This document shows, one piece after another, positions 1-6,894 of a DNA stretch of 11,133 nt (position 1 is the first letter of the stretch; every line of letters starts with the position of its first letter). The translations under genes and the position numbers were made by a program. A model generated the notes under the pieces. The model did not search any database. It saw nothing but the letters and a program-made list of their open reading frames with translations, and had not been told where the DNA came from. The stretch comes from an uncultured Myxococcales bacterium (GTDB lineage: Bacteria > Myxococcota_A > Polyangia > Polyangiales > Houyiibacteriaceae): positions 1 through 11,133 of the forward strand of contig CALCTH010000513.1 in assembly GCA_937893795.1 (NCBI GenBank), written 5' to 3'.

Positions 1-25
1 CGCCGCCGCCGCGGGGTGCAGGCCG

Positions 26-1060
26 GTGGCGTCCCGGCTCGTGCCCGGGGGCGCGTGGGTAGGCTGCCCCGGCGGCGTCGTGGTCCGCCTCGACGCGCCG
101 ACCGATCCGCCCGGCTATCGCTTCCGCGCGTCCTACCGCGTGGCGGGTGAGGTCGAGGGGTTCTTCGTCCATCGCGGCCGCGTCTGGGTGGAGCTGGTGC
201 GCCGCGAAGCCGTGGCCCTGACGGAGCCCTCGGCGGCACACGGCGCCGCGCCCCGGCTCGGTGACCCCCTACCTCCGGCTCCGCGGCCGCGCCCCGTGGC
301 GGTCCCGGCGCCCCGGGACGCGCCCATCACACGGGTGGAGATGGCGCCGCCTCCCATGGCCGCCAGCCGCGCCTACCGCCGTGAGCTTCGGCGCGCGCGC
401 CTCGCGCCTGAGCGGGTGGCGGGCTTCGTGGCTCAGGCGCGCGCCATGACCTTTCTCGGCGGGAGCGCGGGCGTCGTCGGGCAAGTCAGTGCGGGCTACC
501 GCTTCGAGGCGCCCGTCGCCTTCGAGGTCCGCGTGCCGCTCATGGCCTACAGCCGGGACCTCGGCGTTGGCTACGGGACCGCCCATCTCGGCTGGGACGA
601 CCAGATCTTCGGCTTGAGCGTCGGCTACGGGCTCGGCCGGGTCCGCGAGGTCCGGAACTTCAGCGCCGACGCGCAGTTCGATGGCTACGCGAGCCTGCTG
701 AGCGTCTCGGTGCGCCTCGGGGCGCGGGAAGGCCTGCACGTGCGCGTCGACAACACGCTCTTTTTCATCGAGGGCCAGGGGCGCTACGCCGCCTCCGAAG
801 TGGCCATGCAGTTTCCCATCGCCGAGGGGAACTACCTCGTGATGCACGGCGCGGGGGGCGGCCCCATCGGCCATGGCTACGGCTACCTGGGCCTTCGGCG
901 GCGCGTTCGAGGGGAGGGCGGCCGCGGCAGCGTCTTCCTCACGCCGGCCATCGGCGGCGCCGGCATCTTCAACAACATCGAGGACTTCTTCTTCTTCGGG
1001 GAGGCCGACTCCGCGCGCGCGGGCTTCGCCTTTTCCATCGGCGTCGACGCCATCCTCTGA
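26..1060 (+). CDS. hypothetical protein, Gly/Tyr-rich, possibly beta-strand-rich. The N-terminus is probably incomplete: the frame is open to the window edge and the first possible start is a GTG at 26.
   Basis: 344-codon ORF with strong third-position GC bias in this frame. The opposite-strand ORF 269-874 lacks this bias. There is no in-frame stop between position 2 and 26. The sequence has alternating hydrophobic/polar stretches (VRVDNTLFFIEGQGRYAASEVAMQFPI) and GYG motifs. I recognise no family. Confidence 0.5.
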   Translation: MASRLVPGGAWVGCPGGVVVRLDAPTDPPGYRFRASYRVAGEVEGFFVHRGRVWVELVRREAVALTEPSAAHGAAPRLGDPLPPAPRPRPVAVPAPRDAPITRVEMAPPPMAASRAYRRELRRARLAPERVAGFVAQARAMTFLGGSAGVVGQVSAGYRFEAPVAFEVRVPLMAYSRDLGVGYGTAHLGWDDQIFGLSVGYGLGRVREVRNFSADAQFDGYASLLSVSVRLGAREGLHVRVDNTLFFIEGQGRYAASEVAMQFPIAEGNYLVMHGAGGGPIGHGYGYLGLRRRVRGEGGRGSVFLTPAIGGAGIFNNIEDFFFFGEADSARAGFAFSIGVDAIL

Positions 1061-1936
1061 TCACGCGGCGTCGCGTGGCCGCGCCCTCGCCGAGAGCGCG
1101 ACGGCGCCCAGGATGATGCCGCAGCCCGCGAGCGTCGTGAGCGCCGGGAGCTCCCGGAGGAAGGCCCACGCGAGGAACGTCGCGCCGACCGGCTCGCCCG
1201 CCGTCGCGAGGCCCACGGCCGTGGGCGAGAGGCGCCGCAGCGCCCAGGTCAGCGCGCCGTGGCCGACGATCTGCGGCACCAGCGCGCTGAGCACGATGAA
1301 GAGCCCGGCCCGCGGCGACGCCGGCGCGAGGGAGAGGCCCGAGGCGAGCGCCGTTCCGAGCAGGAGCACGCCTCCCACCGCGCAGGCCATGGCGCCGAAG
1401 GCGAGCGGGGGGAGCCGGGCGCCGTGCCTGCGCACCGTGAGCAGGTAGCCGGCCATGGCGGCCGCGCCGCCGAGCGCGAGCGCGTCGCCGACCAAGGCGT
1501 CGTTGGCGCCGAGATCGCTTCCACCGATGAGCAGGGCGCCGAGGGTGGCGAGCGCGCTGGCGGCGAGCTGCCCGCCGCTCGCGCGGTCCCGGCCCGTGCC
1601 GGCCGCGATGGCCGCGAGGAGCACCGGCGTGGCGGACACCAGCGAGACGGAGGCAGCCACGCTCGTCAGATGCAGCGAGCTCACCCATGCGCCGAAGTGC
1701 AGCGCGTAGAACACGCCCCCGACCACCGCGTCCCGGAGCATCGCGCCGCGCAGCACGCCGCGGCGCCATGCGCGGAGGGCGAGCGGCGAGAGGAGCACGG
1801 CGGCCAGCACCAAGCGCCAGCCCGCGGCAACCAGCGCCGATGTGGGCGCAGTCTCTCGGAAGAAGATGGCCGCGAACGCGATCGCCGTGACCCCGACGCC
1901 CGTCGCCGCCCACGCCCGCCGCTCACCCACCTCCAC
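1061..1936 (-). CDS. EamA/DMT-superfamily (drug/metabolite transporter) inner-membrane permease
   Basis: 291 aa that is almost entirely hydrophobic, with about 10 predicted TM helices. It is Ala/Leu/Gly-rich, with the two-halves architecture typical of the EamA/RhaT family. It starts with GTG at 1936. The stop abuts the stop of the upstream + strand gene. Confidence 0.75.
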   Translation of the reverse strand: MEVGERRAWAATGVGVTAIAFAAIFFRETAPTSALVAAGWRLVLAAVLLSPLALRAWRRGVLRGAMLRDAVVGGVFYALHFGAWVSSLHLTSVAASVSLVSATPVLLAAIAAGTGRDRASGGQLAASALATLGALLIGGSDLGANDALVGDALALGGAAAMAGYLLTVRRHGARLPPLAFGAMACAVGGVLLLGTALASGLSLAPASPRAGLFIVLSALVPQIVGHGALTWALRRLSPTAVGLATAGEPVGATFLAWAFLRELPALTTLAGCGIILGAVALSARARPRDAA

Positions 1937-1981
1937 GCTTCTCCCTTACCAGAGGCGCGGCATCCGACGCGGTACGAGCCT

Positions 1982-2017
1982 CCGTGCCCCTGCCCGTGCC
2001 CGTGCCCCTGCCCGCGC
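1982..2017. repeat. Hexanucleotide microsatellite (CCGTGC/CCCTGC) of about 6 units, in the intergenic region upstream of the EamA transporter gene
   Basis: Direct reading gives CCGTGC CCCTGC CCGTGC CCGTGC CCCTGC CCGCGC. Both overlapping six-frame ORFs translate it as PCPCPCPCP or GHGHGQGHG, which is a repeat artefact. Confidence 0.8.
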
Positions 2018-2087
2018 GGGCGAACCCGTCCCCCGACGTGCGCCCGCCTTCGGCCACCCACGCGCGTACCGCTACGCCCGCCCGCTA

Positions 2088-2729
2088 TCACCGCGGCCGC
2101 ACGAACACCTCCCGCGCGGCCTCCACGCGCTCGCGAAACGCGCACCCCTCGAGGTGATCGTTCACGAGGCCCATGGCCTGCATGAAGGCGTAGCAGGTCG
2201 TCGGCCCGACGAAGGTCCAGCCGCGCTTCTTCAGCGCCTTCGAGAGCGCCGTCGACACGGCCGTCTTACCGATGCCCCGGAAGGTCGCGTAGTCGAAGCG
2301 CGTCGGCCGCTCGCTCGGGTCCGGCTCCCATGCCCAGAACCACGCGCCGAGGCTTCCCGCTTCGTCGGCCAGCTCCCGCGCGCGCTTCGCGTTGTGGATG
2401 GTGGACTCGATCTTCCTTCGGTGACGCACGATGCCGGCGTCCCCGAGGAGGCGCCCGACGTCCGCCTCGCCGAAGCACGCCACCTTCTCGAAGTCGAAGT
2501 CGGCGAAGGCCGCGCGGAAGTTCTCGCGCTTGCGGAGAATCGTCAGCCAGCTCAGCCCCGACTGGAACCCTTCGAGGCAGATCTTCTCGAAGAGCCGGTG
2601 GTCGTCGTCCACGGGCATGCCCCACTCGTCGTCGTGGTAGGCGCGGTAGTCGTCCTTGTCGCCGGGCCACCAGCAGCGCACGACGCCGTCGGCCCCGCGG
2701 ACGAGCCCGTCCGGGAGTGCTTCGCTCAT
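2088..2729 (-). CDS. tag: DNA-3-methyladenine glycosylase I (Tag)
   Basis: 213 aa with ATG at 2729. It carries the hallmark Tag motifs: CWW, YHDDEWG, EGFQSGLSW, RKRENFRAAF, DAGIVRHRRKI and ALSKALKKRGWTFVGPTTCYAFMQAMGLVNDH. It is near-collinear with E. coli Tag. Confidence 0.95.
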   Translation of the reverse strand: MSEALPDGLVRGADGVVRCWWPGDKDDYRAYHDDEWGMPVDDDHRLFEKICLEGFQSGLSWLTILRKRENFRAAFADFDFEKVACFGEADVGRLLGDAGIVRHRRKIESTIHNAKRARELADEAGSLGAWFWAWEPDPSERPTRFDYATFRGIGKTAVSTALSKALKKRGWTFVGPTTCYAFMQAMGLVNDHLEGCAFRERVEAAREVFVRPR

Positions 2730-2757
2730 GCGCGCATGATGCCCGAGGCTGTGACGC

Positions 2758-3579
2758 CTACGACGTCGGCCGCAGGACGAAGATGGCGTCGTCGAGCGCG
2801 ATGACCGGCTGCGCAGCGCCGCCTCGGCAGAGGTAGGGAGCGCGGGCGAAGGCCGCGACGTCCCAGCCGAGCGGCGCGAAGGCGAGCTCGGCCAGCGCGC
2901 TCGCGCCGGCCTCGAAGCTCTCCCCGTCGACGGGTGGGATGGGGAGGCGTTCCTCGGGGTCGAGGGACACGGGTCCCATCTGCACGTGGGGCCGCAGCGG
3001 GAGCGGAACCGCGAGGAGGAGCCAGCCGCGACACAGCGTTCGCAGCCTCTCGAGGAGCGTGAGCGGGCGGCTCGTGCGGTCGAGCACGTTGAGCAGCCCG
3101 ATGAGGTCGAAGCCCTCGCCGGCCTCCGGCATGCGCTCCGTGGCGAGGTCGAGCTGGTGGCATGCCCAGCCTCGCTTTCGCAGGCGCCGGGCCATGGGTC
3201 CGCTGAGCTCGGTGGTGACGACCTCGCCCTCCGGTGCGAGGAGCGCGGCCAGCGCCTCGGTCACGTTGCCCTCGCCCGCGCCCACGTCGAGGAGCCTCGC
3301 GGGCTCCGTCATCGCGCCGGCGTGCGTCAGAAGAGCGCGCCACTGCGCCGTACCGAGCACGCGCATGTCGTAGGTGCCGGCGACGCCGTTCGCGTCGAAG
3401 TCACTCATCACCGTCCGGGCCAGCGCGCGGAGCGCGAGCTGGGCCGCGCCGTGCGGGCGCGCGTGCGCGTCGCGGAGCCAGGCGTCCGTGTCCGCGTCCT
3501 GGTGGAGGCGGCGAAAGGCCGGGCGTAGCAAGGGCGAGAGCCCCGCCTCGGCGACGGAGTAGCGAAGGGGCGGAAGCAT
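2758..3579 (-). CDS. Class I SAM-dependent methyltransferase of the DREV/METTL9 family (PF05219-like). Eukaryotic METTL9 is a protein-histidine N1-methyltransferase acting on His-x-His motifs.
   Basis: 273 aa with ATG at 3579. Motif I is [12 protein letters not shown] (human METTL9 has LLDLGAGDGEVT). Further collinear blocks match METTL9: [17 protein letters not shown] versus ATELSetMiwQLqKKkY; [24 protein letters not shown] versus [35 protein letters not shown] versus [17 protein letters not shown] versus LPYLCEG; and C-terminal [10 protein letters not shown] versus LDDAVFVLKP. The match to METTL9 is from memory. Confidence 0.85.
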   Translation of the reverse strand: [273 protein letters not shown]

Positions 3580-3585
3580 CGCAGC

Positions 3586-4014
3586 TCAGTTGAGGGTGGG
3601 CTTCGTGCGCTTGCGGCCCTTGCCCCAGATGCCGTCCCAGCCGCTCCGGTAGGAGGAGCTCGCCACCCGCGCGGGTCCGGCCCCGCGCGCCGCCGGCGCA
3701 TGCTGCACCTCGACGTCGCAGAGGAGCGGCATGTCCTCCCGCGGCTTCAGCTTCACGACCTCGCCCTGGATGGGCTTGCCTTCCTTCAGCGGGCGGACCT
3801 CACCGAGCGAGAGCGTGTCGCCTCGCTTCCGAAGCACGTGAAGGCCCTCGCCATCGGGCGTCCGGCCATGGACGAGCGCGACGTCGTCGGGCGGCGCCGC
3901 CTTCGTCTTCTCCTCCGCCTTCGCGGCCGTGGCCTCGTCCTTGGGAGCCAGGGCCGTCGACCCTTCCTTCGCGCGGGGCCCGGAGGCCCGCTTCTTCGCG
4001 CTTCCTTCGCTCAC
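3586..4014 (-). CDS. hypothetical protein with a Lys/Ala-rich, probably disordered N-terminus and a small C-terminal domain. It is co-transcribed immediately upstream of the METTL9-like methyltransferase, with a 6-bp gap.
   Basis: 142-codon ORF with good GC3 bias. GTG start at 4014; an internal ATG at the MPLL codon is an alternative. The stop TGA at 3586-3588 is 6 nt before the methyltransferase start. I recognise no domain. Confidence 0.5.
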   Translation of the reverse strand: MSEGSAKKRASGPRAKEGSTALAPKDEATAAKAEEKTKAAPPDDVALVHGRTPDGEGLHVLRKRGDTLSLGEVRPLKEGKPIQGEVVKLKPREDMPLLCDVEVQHAPAARGAGPARVASSSYRSGWDGIWGKGRKRTKPTLN

Positions 4015-4045
4015 GCGCGCAAGCTAGTGCCGCGCGGGCCCCGCG

Positions 4046-4525
4046 TCAGCCTTCCAGCGCGGTCGCGATGGTGGGCTTCAGGTCCTGCGGCGCCGTCTTC
4101 GGGTGGAAGCGACCGACGATCTGGCCGTCCTTGCCGATGACGAACTTGGCGAAGTTCCACGCGATGTCGCCGGGCCCGTCGGGCTGCGTGTGCTCTCCCG
4201 TCAGCCAGGCGTAGAGCGGGCTCCGGCCGTCGCCGTTGACCTCGATCTTGGCGAACATGGGGAAGGTCACGTCGTACTTGGTGCTGCAGAACTCCTGGAT
4301 CTGCGCCTCCGTCCCGGGCTCCTGCGCGCCGAACTGGTTGCAGGGGAAGCCCAGGACGACGACGTCGTCGTGCTCCGCGTGGAGCGCTTGGAGCCCCGTG
4401 TAGTGCGGCGTGAGCCCGCAGCGGGACGCGACGTTGACGACCACGGCGACCTTTCCGGCGTAGTCGGAGAGCGAGCGCTCCTGCCCGTCGATGGTGGTCA
4501 TGGTGAAGTCGTGGAGGCTGGTCAT
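4046..4525 (-). CDS. gpx: Glutathione peroxidase (Cys-type, non-seleno; thiol peroxidase of the GPx/BtuE family)
   Basis: 159 aa with ATG at 4525. GPx signature motifs are present: VVNVASRCGLT (peroxidatic Cys), LGFPCNQFGAQEPG and WNFAKFVIGKDGQIV. The N-terminus LHDFTMTTIDGQERSLSDYAGKV is typical of the family. Confidence 0.95.
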   Translation of the reverse strand: MTSLHDFTMTTIDGQERSLSDYAGKVAVVVNVASRCGLTPHYTGLQALHAEHDDVVVLGFPCNQFGAQEPGTEAQIQEFCSTKYDVTFPMFAKIEVNGDGRSPLYAWLTGEHTQPDGPGDIAWNFAKFVIGKDGQIVGRFHPKTAPQDLKPTIATALEG

Positions 4526-4628
4526 GCGCAGCGGCCTAAGGCTGGAAAGGGGTCACGGCCAGGGTTCCTTGCCCCTGCCCGCATCCCGGCCCGCGGCTCA
4601 CTGCGTGACCCGTGTACCCTGCCCCCCG
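4526..4628. promoter_or_regulatory. Divergent intergenic region of 103 bp between gpx (-) and the acyltransferase (+). It contains an 8-bp inverted repeat, GGGTCACG at 4550-4557 and CGTGACCC at 4604-4611.
   Basis: Both arms are read directly from the sequence. They are separated by 46 bp and are reverse complements. Their function is inferred only. Confidence 0.35.
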
Positions 4629-5468
4629 ATGCGCTTCCCGCTCCCCGCGTCCTCGCGCATCCGCGCACGGGTCGACCGCCTGGACCTGCCCTTCGACCGC
4701 TTTGGCTACGACCCCTACGGCGTCGAGAAGGAGAGCCTCGCCCGCTTCCTGACGGCCATCCGCGTCTTCTATCAGGGCTACTTCCGCGTCGACGTGCACG
4801 GCATCGGGCACGTCCCCGCGACGGGCCGCGCGATGCTCGTGGCCAACCACGCGGGCGGCATCGCCTTCGACGCCTCCGTGCTCCTCGGGGCCTGCTTCTT
4901 CGAGCTCGAGCCGCCGCGCCTCGCGCAGGGCATGGCCGAGAAGTTCATCAACGCCGTCCCCATGGCGAGCACCATCTCGGCGCGCGTGGGGCAGTTCCCC
5001 GGCCTGCCCGAGCACGCCGAGCGGCTGCTGAGCGAAGGCCGGCTGCTCAGCGTCTTCCCCGAAGGTGCGCGCGGCACGGCCAAGCTCTTCCGCGAGCGGC
5101 GGAGCCTCGTGCGCTTCGGGACGGGCTTCGTGCGGCTGGCCACGAAGACCCAGGCGCCCATCGTGCCCGTCGGCATCCTCGGCGCCGGCGAGGCCTTCCC
5201 CACCGTCGCGAACCTGAAGGGCCTCGGGAAGGTGCTCGGCGTGCCCTACGTCCCGGTGCCGCGCTGGGGTGTGCCGCTCCCGCGGCCGGCGCGCTTCACG
5301 CTGCTCTTCGGCGAGCCGATCCGCTTCGAGGGAACGGGCAGCGAGGACGACGCGACCGTCGCGAGCCGCGTCGAAGAGGTGAAGGAGCGCATCCGCGGGC
5401 TCCTCGACGAGGGCGAGAAGCTCTGGGACGGGCGCGCGCGCCCGGACCAGCTCCTGCTCACCCGTTGA
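4629..5468 (+). CDS. Lysophospholipid / 1-acyl-sn-glycerol-3-phosphate acyltransferase family protein (PlsC-like, LPLAT superfamily)
   Basis: It has the HX4D catalytic motif ([10 protein letters not shown]) and an FPEGARG motif, followed by [11 protein letters not shown] and PIVPVGILG, which is the LPLAT block order. The track ORF begins at ATG 4491 but would overlap the gpx N-terminus antisense. The internal ATG at 4629 (MRFPLPAS...) is the first ATG clear of gpx. A GTG at 4605 is an alternative. No obvious Shine-Dalgarno was seen. Confidence 0.75.
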   Translation: MRFPLPASSRIRARVDRLDLPFDRFGYDPYGVEKESLARFLTAIRVFYQGYFRVDVHGIGHVPATGRAMLVANHAGGIAFDASVLLGACFFELEPPRLAQGMAEKFINAVPMASTISARVGQFPGLPEHAERLLSEGRLLSVFPEGARGTAKLFRERRSLVRFGTGFVRLATKTQAPIVPVGILGAGEAFPTVANLKGLGKVLGVPYVPVPRWGVPLPRPARFTLLFGEPIRFEGTGSEDDATVASRVEEVKERIRGLLDEGEKLWDGRARPDQLLLTR

Positions 5469-5497
5469 GCGCGGCGCGACGGCCCGACGCTGCACCC

Positions 5498-5878
5498 TCA
5501 GTCGGGATGCCGCGTCAGGTCTTGGGCGATCATGAAGGCGTTGCCGTCCGGATCGTAGAAGGTCGCGAGCTTCGCCATGCCCGGCATGTGCATGGTCTCG
5601 CCGTCGAAACGCACGTCGCGCTCTTCGAGGGCCGCCCGGGCCGCGTCGCAATCCTCCACGCCGAAGACCGGTACGCAGTTGCCAACGCTGGGCTCGTCCG
5701 CGTCGGCGAAGCCGAGCGTCACGCCAGGCGTCATCGTCGACAGCTCGGTCCAGCCCATCTCGTCGTTCGAGAAGAGCTCTTCGAGGCCGAAGTGGTCCTG
5801 GAACCACTTGGAGGTGGCGGCCCGGTTCCGGACCGTGAGGGAAAGGGTGATCTGATCGGTGAACGTGACGGTAGCCAT
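5498..5878 (-). CDS. VOC-family protein (glyoxalase / bleomycin-resistance / dioxygenase fold)
   Basis: About 126 aa from ATG at 5878. The track ORF starts at a TTG at 5914. It has the beta-alpha-beta-beta-beta pattern and typical VOC size. Strings such as TLGFADADEPS, VPVFGVEDCDAARAALEERDV and ATFYDPDGNAFMI resemble glyoxalase-I-like proteins. It is divergent from an HxlR-like regulator, which is the classic arrangement. Confidence 0.75.
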   Translation of the reverse strand: MATVTFTDQITLSLTVRNRAATSKWFQDHFGLEELFSNDEMGWTELSTMTPGVTLGFADADEPSVGNCVPVFGVEDCDAARAALEERDVRFDGETMHMPGMAKLATFYDPDGNAFMIAQDLTRHPD

Positions 5879-5923
5879 GGCTTCTGCGTGCCTCCCAAGT
5901 ACTGTATATAGCAACTATAAAAA
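5879..5923. promoter_or_regulatory. AT-rich divergent promoter/operator island between the VOC gene and the HxlR-like regulator. It contains a TATAG-caa-CTATA inverted repeat at about 5907-5919 and an AGTACT palindrome.
   Basis: The sequence gcttctgcgtgcctcccaagtactgtatatagcaactataaaaagtg is the only strongly AT-rich stretch in an otherwise ~72% GC window. It lies exactly between two divergently oriented starts. Confidence 0.5.
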
Positions 5924-6481
5924 GTGGACAACGTCGCGTTCGCCACCCTCTGCTCGCGGGCCTGGAGCCTTCCGGTGCTGGCCCACCTCGCCGGCCAGCC
6001 GCGCCTGGGCGCGCGCATCTCGCCCACGGCGCACGCGCTGGGCGCGGGCCGCCAGTCCATCAGCGCGACCTTCGCGCATCTGGGCGAACTCGGGTTGCTC
6101 GAGCGCATGCCCGGTCACGGTCACCCGCTCCGGCCCGAGGCGCGCTTGAGCGAGGCGGGCGCCGCCGTCGCGGCCTGGGCGCAGCCCTTCTGGGCCTTCC
6201 TCGAGCCCGACGAACGCGCCACGGCCCGCCGCGCCTGGACGCTGCCCGTGCTCCGGGTTGCGCGCGACATGCGCAGCTTCGGCGAGCTTCGTTGTGAGCT
6301 CTCCCCCGTGACGGACCGCGCCCTCGCGCTCTGCCTCAAGCGCCTCGTCGCCCAGCGCCTGTTGCGCCGTGACGTGGACGGAGCCCAGCGTCCGCCCCGC
6401 GTGACCTATGTCGGGTCCGGACGCGGGGCTGCCCTGAGCGACGCGCTTCAAGCGACGCAGCGCCTCGGGTCGACGTCCTGA
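5924..6481 (+). CDS. Putative transcriptional regulator with two tandem HxlR-like (MarR-type) winged-helix domains
   Basis: 185 aa with a GTG start at 5924, immediately after an in-frame TAA. There are two repeats of an HxlR-like pattern. The first is CSRAWSLPVLAHLAGQPRLGARIS...HLGELGLLER. The second is RRAWTLPVLRVARDMRSFGELRCELSPVTDRALALCLKRLVAQRLLRRDVDGAQRPPRVTYVGSGRGAAL, which matches the RFxEL...L..RL..L...GL..R...P.rVeYxLT core. The first copy is degenerate. The gene is divergent from a VOC gene. Confidence 0.6.
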   Translation: MDNVAFATLCSRAWSLPVLAHLAGQPRLGARISPTAHALGAGRQSISATFAHLGELGLLERMPGHGHPLRPEARLSEAGAAVAAWAQPFWAFLEPDERATARRAWTLPVLRVARDMRSFGELRCELSPVTDRALALCLKRLVAQRLLRRDVDGAQRPPRVTYVGSGRGAALSDALQATQRLGSTS

Positions 6482-6539
6482 GGCGTGTTCGCCTCGTGGG
6501 CTGGCGACGTGGGCCCCCGTCCGGCGAAGGCCCCTACCC

Positions 6540-6803
6540 TCACCTCGCAGGGCGCTTGAAGTACCCGCGCCCACTCTCTCGGTGAACGTGAACGAGCTCC
6601 CAGCCGTCCGCGCCCTGCTCATTGAGATTCGCCGTGGTGCGACTCTCCCTCACCGCACCGATGTCAATCGCCTTGTACTCCCAGCGCTGCATGGCGCCGG
6701 GCACCGGAGGCTGGGCCGAGAGGCGTGGGACCAAGAAGGGCGCCGCGAGGCAGCCGAGGATGAAGGCCAGCGACAAGGAGAGACCGAGGATGAATCCGCG
6801 CAT
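6540..6803 (-). CDS. Small DUF4177-like protein with an N-terminal signal/lipoprotein-like segment
   Basis: The ATG at 6803 gives MRGFILGLSLSLAFILGCLAAPF... (hydrophobic, with a lipobox-like ILGC), followed by MQRWEYKAIDIG...LNEQGADGWELVHV. This matches the DUF4177 signature WEYK ... GWELV. The track ORF extends to 6932, but the upstream part looks non-coding. Confidence 0.55.
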   Translation of the reverse strand: MRGFILGLSLSLAFILGCLAAPFLVPRLSAQPPVPGAMQRWEYKAIDIGAVRESRTTANLNEQGADGWELVHVHRESGRGYFKRPAR

Positions 6804-6857
6804 GCGCGGCAGACTAGCGTGTTCGGTCTGCCTGGCGTGAGCCCGCGAAACCGCCAC

Positions 6858-6894
6858 TTCCGAAAACCGGATCGGTTGCCTACGAATTTCGGAA
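6858..6894. promoter_or_regulatory. Candidate operator: a perfect 8-bp inverted repeat, TTCCGAAA (6858-6865) and TTTCGGAA (6887-6894), with a 21-nt spacer. It lies in a GC-poorer part of the 308-bp intergenic region between the DUF4177 gene (-) and the yqiJ-like/flotillin operon (+).
   Basis: Read directly: cTTCCGAAAaccggatcggttgcctacgaaTTTCGGAAt. The local GC drops compared with the flanks. Confidence 0.3.

Noticed and set aside
969-1936. Long minus-strand ORF of 314 aa, Arg/Gly/Pro-rich, and a + strand ORF at 1259-2185 overlapping the EamA transporter gene
   Set aside because: Their composition (RRRR/GRGR runs) is typical of out-of-frame translation of high-GC DNA. The in-frame transporter ORF has a coherent TM-helix hydropathy pattern and occupies the same DNA.
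1982-2017. Possible CRISPR array or mini-array at the hexamer repeat
   Set aside because: The units are 6 nt with no spacers. This is far too short for CRISPR repeats, and there are no cas genes nearby.
2266-2836. ORFs 2266-2670 (-), 2330-2836 (+) and 2431-2640 (+) overlapping tag
   Set aside because: The tag frame has unmistakable family motifs. The overlapping frames are Arg/Pro/Ser-rich artefacts.
4103-5911. 602-aa + strand ORF and 423-aa minus-strand ORF (4536-5807) spanning gpx, the acyltransferase and the VOC gene
   Set aside because: They overlap three genes with clear family signatures in other frames. Their composition is low-complexity (RRR/GGG/PRP runs) and no domain is recognisable. 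They are high-GC open-frame artefacts.
6482-6539. Possible terminator hairpin (GGGCC...GGCCC) between the convergent regulator and DUF4177 genes
   Set aside because: The stem is only 5 bp, with a 13-nt loop and no T-tract. This is not convincing.
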